Origin: an uncultured Akkermansia sp.
Lineage (GTDB): Bacteria; Verrucomicrobiota; Verrucomicrobiia; Opitutales; Opitutaceae
Assembly (NCBI GenBank): GCA_964438755.1
Contig: CAYTLL010000009.1
Span: forward strand, 29,518 to 93,517
Direction of reading: 5' to 3'
DNA: 64,000 nt
The notes under the pieces are model-generated. The model was not told the DNA's origin, ran no database searches, and saw only the letters and a list, made by a program, of their open reading frames with translations. Both the position numbers and the translations under genes were made by a program. Positions 43,734 through 53,735 of this stretch are shown here, piece by piece (position 1 is the stretch's first letter; every line of letters begins with the position of its first letter).

Positions 43734-46691
43734 TCAATCCACGAGGCGCCATTGCTGGTTGTTGCTGGAGCCGCTGGCCCAGTTTTGCATCGCGGTGCCG
43801 TTCGTGGTGGAGCCGCCGGTGTCGAGGCACTTGCCGTTGGCGCGGTTGATCACCTTGTAGTAGCCGCTGTCGGTGTAGGTGAAGGTCCACTGCTGGTTGT
43901 TGCTGGCGCCGTCGCTCCACTGGCCGATGACGGAGCCGTTGGCGGTGTTGCCGAGCGTGTCGAGGAACTTGCCGCCGGTGACGCACTGGAGCTTGCGGTA
44001 GCCGCCGGCGACGGTGGACACGACCCACTTCTGGTTGGCGCTGGGGCCGCTGTCGTATTGCAGCACCGAGGCGCCGTCGGTGGTGGCGCCGTAGTTGTCG
44101 ACCATCTTGCCGTTGGCGCGATTTTGCAGGCGGAAGGTGCCCGACGGGACGCCGGTGGCGAGTTCGGCTACGGCGGTGGCGGAGAGGGCGGAGTTGTAGA
44201 CGCGGAAGTCGTCGATGCGGCCGTTGAAGAGCGGGTCGGCCCACTGTGATTTGCCGACGTAGTTGAGCATCGGTTTGAAGTCGGAGGGCTTGATCGTGAT
44301 GGCGGTGGAGGTGGCGACCTGGACGCCGTTGACGTAGAGCTGGGCGCTGCCGGTTCCGAGGGTGACGGCGACGTGGACCCACTGGCCGCTGGCGAGGGCG
44401 GAGGCGTTGAGCGTCTGCTCGGCGCCGCCGTTTTTGATCGCGAACCGCAGGCCGGCGCCGGAGGCGGCGGGGGTGAGGAACAGATACTGGTCGGTGCCGG
44501 TGCCGAAGTCGAAGATGCGCTGCCAGGCGGCGCCGCCGTTCCAGTAGACCCAGGCGGCGACGGTGAGCTGGTTGAAGTTCGCGACGTCGCCGGGGAGGTT
44601 CACGTGCCGGGTGGATCCGTCGAAGGCGAAGGCGTTGGCGCCGACGCGCGCGGCGCCGTAGGTGGCGGCGCCGTTGACGGAGGCATGGTTGGCGTTGCCG
44701 GAAACATCGTCGGTGTTGCCGTCGAAGTTGTAGCGCGCGACGAGGGTGGCGGCGCCGCTCGGGGTGGCGGCGACCTGCGCGGAGTAGCCGGAGCGGTTGA
44801 GGGAGCGGTCGGCGGCCTGCACGACGTAGTAGTAGGCGCGGGCCTGGTTGGCGGACTTGTCGGTGAACGTGGTCGTGGTCAGACCGCGCGCCACGAGGGA
44901 CCAGGGGCCGCCGGAGCTGTCGGCGCGGAGGACGTTGTAGCCGGCGAGGTCGGCCTCGGCGTTGGCGTTCCAGGTGAGGCGCACGGAGACCGGGTTGGCG
45001 ACGGCGACGAGGCCGGAGGGCGCGGCGGGCGCGGTGAACTCGATGGCGGAGCCGACGGGGAGGAGGCGCCACTGCTGGTTGAGGCCGGCGTTGGCGGTCC
45101 ACTGGAAGATGTTGGCGCCGTCGGCGGTGGAGCCGTTGTCGACGTCGAGGCATTTGCCGCTCCAACGGTTGCGGATGCGGAACCAGCCGTCGGCGACGTA
45201 TTCGAGGAAGTAGTGCTGGTTGGCGCCGCCGACGGTCCACTGGTTGATGTTGCCGCCGTCGTCGTAGGACCAGTTGTAGAGGTCGGCGCCCTTGCCGGAG
45301 TGGGCGGCGCGGACGGTGAAGTAGCTGTAGTCGCCGCCGGCGCGGGAATCGAGCGGGACGATGTCCCACTGCTGATGGGTGGCGCCGGTGTAGGTCGCCT
45401 GCTGGATATTGGCGCCGTCGGCGGTGCTCGCGGAGGCGACCTCCATGACCTTGCCGCTGTTGCGGTTCACGAGGATGTAGCGGCCGTTGACGACGGGCCG
45501 GACGTCGGCGCCCCAGGTGATGTCGACGACCTTTTCCGAGTTGGGCTGATTGACCTGGTAGCCGTTGCCGCCGGGGACGGTGACGGTGAAATCGCGCTGC
45601 GGGCCCTGGCCGTCGAAGAAGACGTCGCGATCCTTGGACACGAGACGGTAGGTGGTGGTGACGGCCTGGCGTTCGGAGGAGCCGAGAAAGGCCTGCACGG
45701 CGCCGGACGGGGCGCGATAGACGGCGGCGGCGGTCCAGTTGGGACGGTGCTCGGCGTAGGCGAGGCGGACGCCCTGGCAGGCCTGGATGAAGCTGGCGCG
45801 GGCGAGCTCGGCGGTGCCCCACCAGATGCCGGTTTGGAGGCCGTATTCGGCGCCGACGATCACCTCGGCGACGTTGTGGACCTCCTCGTTCATGGCGCGG
45901 TCGCCGCTGGCGAGGACGTTCTGGTAGAAGGCGGCGTAGTTGTCGAAGGAGCCGGCGAGCTGGTGGGTGGTGCCTTCCTGCACGCGGCTTTTGACGACGT
46001 TATACCAAGGGTTGGCCTGGTCGCAATTGAGGGTGCTGGCGCCGGCGAGGGGCACGCCGGAGAAGTCGGCGCTGGTCGCGAGGAGGCCGAGGATGTCGTA
46101 GAGGTTGGTGACGGTGCCCTGGCCGACGGGCGAGGCGGTGTAGTCGGGTTCGTTGAAGGGGGAGGCGGAGACGACGGTCTTGCCCTGGGCGGCGAGGGCG
46201 CGGACCGAGGCCTCCATGTTTTGCACCCAGCGGGAGGGGACGACCTCGGTGGTGCTGCCGTTGCGGAACCAGGCGTCGATGCCGGCGCCGTTGTCGGGGG
46301 TGATGGTGACGGGTTTGCCCGCGCCGGCGAGGTTGGCGAGGTTGACGCGGTTGGTGAGGTCCGCGAGCTGGGTGGCGGCGAGGGCGCCGTTGACGGGGGC
46401 GGCGTTGACCGGGAAGGCCACGCGCACGACGTCGACCTGGTCGGCGCCCATGTAGAGGATGCCGCGGCGCATGTTGTCGTAGCTCGGCCAGGCGGTATCG
46501 AGGCCCCACTCGGTGATGGACTTCGAGATGCCGGCGTCGGCGACGCCGAAAGCGAGGGTGCGATCCTGCGCGAAGGCGGAGGATGCGAGCGCGAGGGCGA
46601 GCGTGGCGCCGAGGGGCGGGCGGGCGCGGCGCTTGGGCGAGGTGGGGCGGAGGCGGGCGGCGCGGGCCGCGGCGGGAGTTGTGCGGGTCAT
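43734..46691 (-). CDS. Secreted multidomain protein: unassigned hydrolase-like N-terminal domain + ricin B + FN3 + LamG + second ricin B (tandem paralog 1)
   Basis: The N-terminus is signal-like (LGATLALALASSAFA). A domain of about 390 aa carries SPFNEPDY and MNEEVHN. Ricin QxW repeats are HQQW, INQW and NQQW. An FN3 module follows (YYYVVQAAD). The LamG module carries AWQRIFDFGTGTDQYLFL and DDFRVYNSAL. The C-terminal ricin has NQKW, IGQW, NQQWTF, MQNW and NQQWRLVD. Confidence 0.85.
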   Translation of the reverse strand: MTRTTPAAARAARLRPTSPKRRARPPLGATLALALASSAFAQDRTLAFGVADAGISKSITEWGLDTAWPSYDNMRRGILYMGADQVDVVRVAFPVNAAPVNGALAATQLADLTNRVNLANLAGAGKPVTITPDNGAGIDAWFRNGSTTEVVPSRWVQNMEASVRALAAQGKTVVSASPFNEPDYTASPVGQGTVTNLYDILGLLATSADFSGVPLAGASTLNCDQANPWYNVVKSRVQEGTTHQLAGSFDNYAAFYQNVLASGDRAMNEEVHNVAEVIVGAEYGLQTGIWWGTAELARASFIQACQGVRLAYAEHRPNWTAAAVYRAPSGAVQAFLGSSERQAVTTTYRLVSKDRDVFFDGQGPQRDFTVTVPGGNGYQVNQPNSEKVVDITWGADVRPVVNGRYILVNRNSGKVMEVASASTADGANIQQATYTGATHQQWDIVPLDSRAGGDYSYFTVRAAHSGKGADLYNWSYDDGGNINQWTVGGANQHYFLEYVADGWFRIRNRWSGKCLDVDNGSTADGANIFQWTANAGLNQQWRLLPVGSAIEFTAPAAPSGLVAVANPVSVRLTWNANAEADLAGYNVLRADSSGGPWSLVARGLTTTTFTDKSANQARAYYYVVQAADRSLNRSGYSAQVAATPSGAATLVARYNFDGNTDDVSGNANHASVNGAATYGAARVGANAFAFDGSTRHVNLPGDVANFNQLTVAAWVYWNGGAAWQRIFDFGTGTDQYLFLTPAASGAGLRFAIKNGGAEQTLNASALASGQWVHVAVTLGTGSAQLYVNGVQVATSTAITIKPSDFKPMLNYVGKSQWADPLFNGRIDDFRVYNSALSATAVAELATGVPSGTFRLQNRANGKMVDNYGATTDGASVLQYDSGPSANQKWVVSTVAGGYRKLQCVTGGKFLDTLGNTANGSVIGQWSDGASNNQQWTFTYTDSGYYKVINRANGKCLDTGGSTTNGTAMQNWASGSSNNQQWRLVD

Positions 46692-46947
46692 TTTGTTTTT
46701 GGGGTTGGGAATCGCCCGTCGAGGCGCAGGGGATCGTCGGCGCGGGCAAAGGGTAGGCTGCGCCCTTGGCGGCGGCTCGTGCCGGCCGGGCGGAGGGGTA
46801 AGGGTGGGGGCGAGCCGCTCTCGGGGACGGTGAGGAAGCGGAGCCAATGATACGAACGCGGTCTCGCGGCCGCGCGCGCCACGGGCGCGCGTCTTTACGC
46901 TTTTTGCATGAATCCCCGCCCCGCGTGCCCCGAGGCGAAGGCGTCGC

Positions 46948-49900
46948 TCAGCGCTGGATCACCACGCGGTAGAAGGCGCGCGGGCCGGGCGGCATCGGAG
47001 GCAGCGTGAGCAGGAGATCGGCACCGGTGCCGGCTTGCGCGGCGCCTATATTGGTCCACGGCGCGAGAAGATCGGCGGTGAATTGCGCCTGGTAAACATG
47101 ACCGCGCACGGACGCGGGGATGGTGAGCGTGGCGGTCGAGCTTTGGTCGGCGGCGACGGCGAGCGCGAGTTTCACCGCGGCGGTCTCTTCGTTGGTGATG
47201 AGGGCGGATTGCGGCGTGGCGGAGACGGCGGAGGAAACCGGGCCGGTGCCGGCGAGCGTGGTGGCGTCGACGGTGTAGGTGTAGGTCTGGCCGTAAGCGA
47301 GCGAGGCGTGGGTGAAGGCGGTGTTCGCGGAACCGGAGGAAAGGATCGAGTAGGGGCCTCCGCCGGAGGTGGCGCAGCGGAGGGTGTAGCCGGTGGCGTT
47401 GGCTACGGCGTTCCACGCGAGCTGGATCTGGAGCGGGCCCGGGGTGGCGGCGAGGCCGGAGGGGGCGGGCGGGAGGCCGGCGGCGAGCGCGGAGATCTCG
47501 CCGGAGGCGAGGGCGTAATTGTAGACGCGGAACTCGTCGACGAGCCCGTTGAGGCCGGGGTCGCCGTCGAATTGGCTGTCGCCGACGTAGTTCAGGACGG
47601 GGTTGAAATCCGAGGGCTTGATCGTGAAGGCGGAGGAGGCGGCGACCTGCGCGCCGTCGACGTAGAGGCGGGCCTCGGCGCCGGCGAGCGTGACGGCGAC
47701 ATGGACCCAGCGGCCGATCGAGAGGGCGGGGGCGTTGAGCTGCTGTTCGGCGCCGCCGTTCTTGATCGCGAAGCGGAGGCCGGCGCCGGAGGCGGCGGGG
47801 GTGAGGAAAAGGTATTGGTCGGTGCCGTTGCCGAAGTCGAAGACGCGCTGCCAGGACGCGCCGCCGTTCCAGAAAACCCAGGCTGCGACGGTGAGCCGGT
47901 CGTGCCGGGCGACGCCGGGAGGCAGGTTGGCGTGTTTGCCGGTGCCATCGAGGATTAGGGCGGCGGAGCCGACGCGGCCGGCGCCGTAGGCGGCGGTGTC
48001 GGAGAGCTCGGCGTGGTTGGCGTTTTCGGAGGCGTCGCGGGCGTCGCCTTCGAAGGCGTAGAGGGCTACGAGGGTCGGCGCGCCGGTGGGCGTGGCGGAG
48101 GCCGCGGGGGCGGGGGCGGAGCGGTTGAGGGAGCGGTCGGCGGCGAGGACGCGGTAGTAGTAGGTGCGGCCGGGCTTGGCGGACTCGTCGACGTAGGTGG
48201 TGGCGGAGACGTCGCGAGCGATCGTCTCGTAGCCGGTCGCGGAATTTTCCGAGCGAAAGACGGCGTAGCCGGCGAGGTCGGCGGCGGCGCTGGCGTTCCA
48301 GGAGAGGCGCACGGACACGGCGGCGGCGGTGGCGACGAGGCCGGTGGGGGCGGGGGGCGCGACGAATTCGACGGAGGCGTCGGCGGGGAGGAGGCGCCAC
48401 TGCTGGTTGAAGCCGCCGTTGCCGGACCACTGGGCGATGTTGGCGCCGTCGGCGGTGGAGGCGCCCGCGACCTCGAGGTATTTTCCGCTCCAGCGGTTGC
48501 GGATCTGGAACCAGCCGTTTCCGGCGTATTCAAAAAACCAGCACTGGTTGGCGCCGACGCCGGCGGGCCACTGGTGGACGTTGCCGCCGTCGTCGTAGGA
48601 CCAGTTGAGGAGGTCCGCGCCCTTGCCGGAATGCGCGGCGCGGACGGTGAAGTAGCTGTAGTCGCCGCCGGTGCGGGAATCTAGCGGCGCGACGTCCCAC
48701 TGCTGGTAGGTCGAGCCGTTGTAGGATCCCTGGCGGATGTTGGCGCCGTCGGCGGTGCCGCCGGAGGCGACCTCCATGACCTTGCCGCTGGCGCGGTTGA
48801 CGAGGATGTAGCGGCCGTTGATCGCGGGCTGCACGTCGACGCCCCAGGCGATGTTGACCACCTTCTCGGCGTTGGGCTGGTTCGCGCCGTAGCCGGTGCC
48901 TCCGGGGATGACGACGGTGTGGTCGTGACGAGGGCCCTGGCCGTCGTAGAAGACCTTCCGGTCGCGGTTGAAGAAGCGGTAGCGGGTGGTCGTGGCCTGG
49001 CGTTCGGAGGCGCCGACGAAGGCCTGGACGTTGCCGGCGGGCGCGCGGTAGACGGCGGCGGCGGTCCAGAAGGGGCGGTGCTCGGCGTAGCCGAGGCGCA
49101 CGCCCTGGCAGGCTTTGACGAAGCTGGCGCGGGCGAGCTCGGCGGAGGCCCACCAGGTGCCGCTTTGCACGCCGTATTCGGCGCCGACGATGGCCTCGAC
49201 GACATTGTGCAGCTCCTCGTTCACGGCCTTGTCGCCGTTGGCGCGCACGGACTGGTAGAAGGCGGCGTAGGCGTCGAAACCGCCGGCGAGCTGGTGGGTG
49301 GTGCCTTCGCCGACGCGGGCGTTGATGGCGTTATACCAGGTCGCGGCGGAGTCGCAGTTGAGCGTGCTGCCGCCGGCGAAGGCGACGCCGGCGAAGTCGG
49401 CGTGGGTCTGAAGCAGGCCGAGGATGTCGTAGAGGTTGGCGAGGGTGCCCTGGTTCCAGCCGTAGTCGGGCTCGTTGAAGGGCGAGGCGACGGCGATGGT
49501 CCTGCCCTGCGCCTTGAAGGCGCGGGCGGCGGCGGCCATGGTCTCGACCCAGCGGGAGGGGACGACCTCGGAGCCGTTCTTGAACCACGCGTCGACGCCG
49601 GCGCCGGTGTCGGCGGTCATGGCGAGGGGCTTGTTCGCGCCGGCGAGATTGGCGAGGCCGACGCGATAGGCGACGTCGGCGAGCTGGGCGGTGGTGAGCT
49701 GGCCGTTCACCACGGGCGCGTTCATCGGGAAGGTGACGCGGACGAGGTCGACCTGGTCGGCGCCCATGTAGATGACGCCGCGGCGCATGTTGTCGTAGCT
49801 GGGCCAGGCGGTATCCAGGCCCCATTCGGTGATCGCCTTGGAAACACCCGCGTCGGTGGTGCCGAAGAGCACGGTGCGGTCCTGGGCCGAGGCGCGGTCG

Positions 49901-49995
49901 CCTCCGGTCGCGGCCAGAAGGGCGAGGGGCAGGGCGCAGGCGCGAAAAGCGGCGCGACGCAGGTGGCGGGAAAAAGGGAGGCTGAAACGGGGCAT
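46948..49995 (-). CDS. Secreted multidomain protein: unassigned hydrolase-like N-terminal domain + ricin B + FN3 + LamG + FN3 + C-terminal module (tandem paralog 2)
   Basis: Over roughly the first 800 aa it is collinear with 43734-46691 (SPFNEPDY, VNEELHN, ricin QxW repeats, YYYRVLAAD, SWQRVFDFGNGTDQYLFL, DEFRVYNYAL). It then diverges into an FN3 module and a tail ending in FYRVVIQR. Confidence 0.85.
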   Translation of the reverse strand: MPRFSLPFSRHLRRAAFRACALPLALLAATGGDRASAQDRTVLFGTTDAGVSKAITEWGLDTAWPSYDNMRRGVIYMGADQVDLVRVTFPMNAPVVNGQLTTAQLADVAYRVGLANLAGANKPLAMTADTGAGVDAWFKNGSEVVPSRWVETMAAAARAFKAQGRTIAVASPFNEPDYGWNQGTLANLYDILGLLQTHADFAGVAFAGGSTLNCDSAATWYNAINARVGEGTTHQLAGGFDAYAAFYQSVRANGDKAVNEELHNVVEAIVGAEYGVQSGTWWASAELARASFVKACQGVRLGYAEHRPFWTAAAVYRAPAGNVQAFVGASERQATTTRYRFFNRDRKVFYDGQGPRHDHTVVIPGGTGYGANQPNAEKVVNIAWGVDVQPAINGRYILVNRASGKVMEVASGGTADGANIRQGSYNGSTYQQWDVAPLDSRTGGDYSYFTVRAAHSGKGADLLNWSYDDGGNVHQWPAGVGANQCWFFEYAGNGWFQIRNRWSGKYLEVAGASTADGANIAQWSGNGGFNQQWRLLPADASVEFVAPPAPTGLVATAAAVSVRLSWNASAAADLAGYAVFRSENSATGYETIARDVSATTYVDESAKPGRTYYYRVLAADRSLNRSAPAPAASATPTGAPTLVALYAFEGDARDASENANHAELSDTAAYGAGRVGSAALILDGTGKHANLPPGVARHDRLTVAAWVFWNGGASWQRVFDFGNGTDQYLFLTPAASGAGLRFAIKNGGAEQQLNAPALSIGRWVHVAVTLAGAEARLYVDGAQVAASSAFTIKPSDFNPVLNYVGDSQFDGDPGLNGLVDEFRVYNYALASGEISALAAGLPPAPSGLAATPGPLQIQLAWNAVANATGYTLRCATSGGGPYSILSSGSANTAFTHASLAYGQTYTYTVDATTLAGTGPVSSAVSATPQSALITNEETAAVKLALAVAADQSSTATLTIPASVRGHVYQAQFTADLLAPWTNIGAAQAGTGADLLLTLPPMPPGPRAFYRVVIQR

Positions 49996-50162
49996 GGGAC
50001 GGGGAGCGCGCGGGGAGGGGGCGCAAGCGAAGGAGCGAAAGTGGACCGGTCATCCCGCCAAGGCACTCGCGAATCGCCGAGCCCGAGCCTCGCGCGGCTT
50101 CGGGCCGCGGACCGCGCCGGTGACCGGGAAACGGCCGGGAGGGCGTCTTGCCTCGCGGGTTT

Positions 50163-51404
50163 TCAGCTGGCTTTCGCGAGCGGGTAGAGGGCGGAGGCCG
50201 CCGCGCGAGGCGAGGGGGCGGGCCAGGGCGGCTTGCCGGCTCCGCGCCGGGTGTCGGGCTGCGCGGTCGCGACTTGTTCGCCGCCGGCTTCGGGCCGGGC
50301 GACAACGCGCGAAGGCGGCGCGGAAGCGGGGCGAGGGGCGGTCTTTCGCTCGTCGACGGGGAGGGATACTTTGACGGAAGGGGACGCGGGGCCTTCGCCG
50401 CCGGCGTTCATGGCGGTGACGACGCACTCGAGCGGGTGTTCGCAGGCGGAAAGGGGAAGGCTGAAGCGGGTGGTCTGAAGCGCCGAGGCGAGATCTTCGG
50501 GCGCGGCGCCGGGGCCGGTCACGCGCTTGAGGCGGTAGATCGCGCTGGAACAGGGGGCCTGCCAGGTGAAGACGACGTGGGCGCCGTCGATCGTCGCGGA
50601 AAATCCCTTGGGCGCGAGCGGGCGGGACGGCGGGGGCGGGGGCGTCAGGCGGAGCTCCGCGCCGCGGTAGTCGGCCTCGACGTCGGGGCGGGCGGGGCGG
50701 TGGAGGCCGACGCCGCGGCCCGGGCGCACGACCACGATGTCGAAGCGCCGGGAGAGGGCCGGGCCCGCGGGGCGTCCGGCGGGAGGGCGGATGCGAAGCG
50801 CGCCGGCGCGGTCGTCCCAGGAAAAGGAGACGGGACCGGCGGGATCCCGGAGCGTGAATTCGCCATCGGCGCCGGGGTAGACGCGTATTTCCAAGGGCGC
50901 GGCGGAGTCGCCGGCTTGTTCGGGGAGGCTGGCGAGGGGGATGATCGAGCCGGCTTTCACGAAGGCCGGGATGATTTCCAGCGGGACCGGGGTCTGGAGG
51001 GTGTCGCCGCCGGCGTAGGAGGCGCCCGACCAGAAATCGATCCATGCGGCGCCGGGGGGGAGCGCGAGGCGCAGCAGGTGGGTTTCGGCGGCGGGAGGGG
51101 GCTGCACCCAGAAGGCGGGGCCGAAGGTCAGGGCGTGAAGGTGTTCCCCCGAGCGCAGGTAGTCGTTGAGCGTGGCGGGGGCGCCGCGGGCGGCGGCGTC
51201 TTTTTTGGAAAGGGGAAGCGCCTCGTCGGTGGAGTCGACGTAGGGGGCGAGGCGACGGCGCAGACGGATGAAGTCGACCAGCACCTTCTGGGACGGGGCG
51301 GGACCGTTCCACGGCGTGTTTTCGCCCTCCGCGATGAGATGCATGCGGAAGCCCGGGGTGAAGACCTGGGATTGGAACCAACGGGTGAAAAGGGGCGAGG
51401 CCAT
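50163..51404 (-). pseudogene. 5'-truncated GH31 remnant (only the end of the barrel, the C-terminal beta-sandwich domains and an FN3-like tail)
   Basis: The ORF begins at LFTRWFQSQVFTPGFRMH...TPW, which corresponds to the late barrel segment of GH31 enzymes. It continues through FGPAFWVQP, IIPAFVKAGSIIP and LEIRVYPGADGEFTL (distal GH31 domains). Only 126 bp separate it from the upstream kinase stop, so the N-terminal and catalytic aspartate regions are absent. Confidence 0.55.
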
Positions 51405-51530
51405 GTGGATGGGCGGCCCGGGGTCGAGGGGGGCGTCGACAGTGAGGAACGCGTTTCGCGGGGGAGTTGCGCCAGAGGGCGGCGCCTTTTTTCCAAACTT
51501 TTCCTTCCGCGCCGGCCAAGCGGCCTGTCG

Positions 51531-53735
51531 CTAGCGGGTTCGGAGCGGCGCCCGCGGGGCGGGGATCTGGTCGCGGCGGTCGAGCATGCCGGCGGCTTCG
51601 CGCACGAGGATGCGGGCGTTGATCCAGTCGAACCAAAGGATCTGGGTGGCGGGTTCCCAGGGCTCGAGCGCGCTCCGGAAACGCTCGTCCAGGCGCGCGC
51701 GGTCTTCCTCGACCAGTCGCGCGGCCTCGTCGTGCCGGCCGAGCTGGGCGTAGGACATGGCCATGACCATGCGGGCGGAGATCTCGCGGGGGAGGTTGGG
51801 GTTTTGGTAGGACAGGCAGCGTTTGCTCCAGCGGATCGCGCCTTCGAGATCGCCGCGGCGCTGAGCGAGGAGGCCGAGCGCGAAGGAGCGCCACGCGTCG
51901 AGGTAAGGGTCGGCGCTGGCCTGGCGGTCGGCGCCCTCGAAGGTGGTGAGCACGACGTCCGCGAGGGGGGCGAGCGAGTCGAGAAACTCCGGGGGGGCCG
52001 GGGTCAGCAGGCTGGCTTTCAGGACCTGCTCGGCGGGCATCGGGTTGGTGGTGCGCGCGAAGCGGGCGACGGCGTTGCGTCGGAACGCGTCGTATTGAGC
52101 GTCGTCGCCGTTCTCGCAGATCGCGGAGGCGGCGGGCATGAGGCTGAAGGACACCTTGTCGGAGTCGGAGGGGTCGACGCGGGTGATGACGAGGGAGAGG
52201 GCGAAGTGGCGTTTGGCCGACTCGGCCCAACGGCCGCCGATGGCGTGCCATTCGCCGAGGGCGCGGAGCACCTGCGCGCATTCCAGCGAGGGGCGGAAGA
52301 GGCCGTCGTCGATCTGGGCGACGAGGGCGTCGGCCTCGGCGATCCGGCCGTAGGTCAGGAACACGGCGGCCTGCGCGATCTTTTCGCCGGCCTCCGCCTG
52401 GGCGAGGAGCCGGGTCTGCTCGCGGCGGGCGATGCGCTCGCGGTGGAGCAGCCAGGTCGAGAGGCCCAGGCCGGCGAGGAGCGTGACCAGGACGAGCGCG
52501 CCGGCGACGAAGACCACGCGGTTGCGCCGGACGAGCTTTTCAAAGCGGTAAAGGCGGCTGGGCGGGCGCGCGGCGACGAGCTCGTTCGCGAGATAACGGC
52601 GGATGTCCATCGCGAGGCCGTAGGCGGTCTCGTAGCGCCTGCGCCGGTCTTTTTCCAGCGCGGTGGCGATGATCCAGTCGAGGTCGCCGCGGACGGCGGC
52701 GATGAGGCGCGAGGGGTCGGCGCGCTGCTGCCGGGCGATCGCGAGAAGGTCTCCCGGCGGGAGGGCGGCGAGGACCGCGGAAGGGCGGGGGACCTCGCGT
52801 TCGCAGATGATGCGGCGCATGCTTTCCAGGCCGCCGGCCTCGAGTTCCTTGGAGTCGAAGGGGGTGCGGCCGGTGAGGAGTTCGTGCAGGAGCACGCCGA
52901 GGCTGTAGATGTCGCCGCGGGTATCGAGGTCGGGGTTGCCGAGATCGGCCTGCTCGGGGCTCATGTAGGCCGGCGTGCCGATGAGGTGCAGCTGGAAGGT
53001 GAGCCCGGGCTCGCCGTGGCGGCCCTCGACGGCCTTGGCGATGCCGAAGTCGATGATCTTCGGCATGGGCTGGCCGTCCTGCGTGGTGACAAGGATGTTG
53101 GACGGCTTGATGTCGCGGTGGATGATGCCCTTCTGGTGGGCGTGCTGGAGGGCGTGGCAGACGCGGATGAAGAGTCGCAGCCGCTCCTCGGTGGTGAGGA
53201 AATGTTGCGCGCAGTAGTCGGTGATTTTGATGCCGTGCACCAACTCCATCACGAAGTAGGGCCGCCCGGAGTCCGTCGTGCCGGCGTCGAGCACGCGGGC
53301 GATGTTCGGGTGGTCCATGATGGCGAGCGCCTGCCGCTCGCGCTCGAAACGCGTGATGACGCTCTCGGTGTCCATGCCGAGGCGGATGACCTTGAGCGCC
53401 ACCTGCCGGCGAACCGGTTCCTCCTGCTCGGCGAGGTAGACCACGCCGCAGCCGCCGGTGCCGAGTTTGCGGAGGATCTTGTAGCGCCCGATCTTCGCTA
53501 CGCCCCGTCCGCCGCGGTCGCCGGAATAGGATTCGAACTCGTCGGCGCTGCCGGTGGGCAGGGGGCTCAGGAGGGTCTCCGCCGGTTCCTGCAACGCGAG
53601 CAGTTCCTCGAGCCGCCGGCGCATCGTGGCGTCGTCCTGGCAGTGGTGGTCCAGGAAGGCGCGTCGCTCGGTCTCGCCGGCGAGCCCGACCAGTTCCTCG
53701 AAGAGGAGCCGTTCCCGTTTGCGCGCCTCGGTCAT
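51531..53735 (-). CDS. Membrane Ser/Thr protein kinase with extracytoplasmic helical-repeat (TPR-like) domain (module 2)
   Basis: Kinase motifs are LGTGGCGVVYLA, VALKVI, HRDIKPSNIL, IDFGIAK and GTPAYMSPE. The TM helix is VFVAGALVLVTLLAGLGLSTWLL. The C-terminal roughly 300 aa are collinear with the module 1 kinase and include the terminal WFDWIN. I set the start at MTEARK (ATG at 53735), which overlaps the sigma stop as ATGA. Confidence 0.9.
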   Translation of the reverse strand: MTEARKRERLLFEELVGLAGETERRAFLDHHCQDDATMRRRLEELLALQEPAETLLSPLPTGSADEFESYSGDRGGRGVAKIGRYKILRKLGTGGCGVVYLAEQEEPVRRQVALKVIRLGMDTESVITRFERERQALAIMDHPNIARVLDAGTTDSGRPYFVMELVHGIKITDYCAQHFLTTEERLRLFIRVCHALQHAHQKGIIHRDIKPSNILVTTQDGQPMPKIIDFGIAKAVEGRHGEPGLTFQLHLIGTPAYMSPEQADLGNPDLDTRGDIYSLGVLLHELLTGRTPFDSKELEAGGLESMRRIICEREVPRPSAVLAALPPGDLLAIARQQRADPSRLIAAVRGDLDWIIATALEKDRRRRYETAYGLAMDIRRYLANELVAARPPSRLYRFEKLVRRNRVVFVAGALVLVTLLAGLGLSTWLLHRERIARREQTRLLAQAEAGEKIAQAAVFLTYGRIAEADALVAQIDDGLFRPSLECAQVLRALGEWHAIGGRWAESAKRHFALSLVITRVDPSDSDKVSFSLMPAASAICENGDDAQYDAFRRNAVARFARTTNPMPAEQVLKASLLTPAPPEFLDSLAPLADVVLTTFEGADRQASADPYLDAWRSFALGLLAQRRGDLEGAIRWSKRCLSYQNPNLPREISARMVMAMSYAQLGRHDEAARLVEEDRARLDERFRSALEPWEPATQILWFDWINARILVREAAGMLDRRDQIPAPRAPLRTR

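Noticed and set aside
51405-51533. Possible stop-codon read-through fusing kinase 2 to the GH31 fragment (same frame, single TAG)
   Set aside because: The kinase 2 C-terminus is collinear with kinase 1, including the shared terminal WFDW[VI]N block just before the end. The 42 linking codons look non-coding (K/P/A-rich), and there is no read-through context that I can justify.
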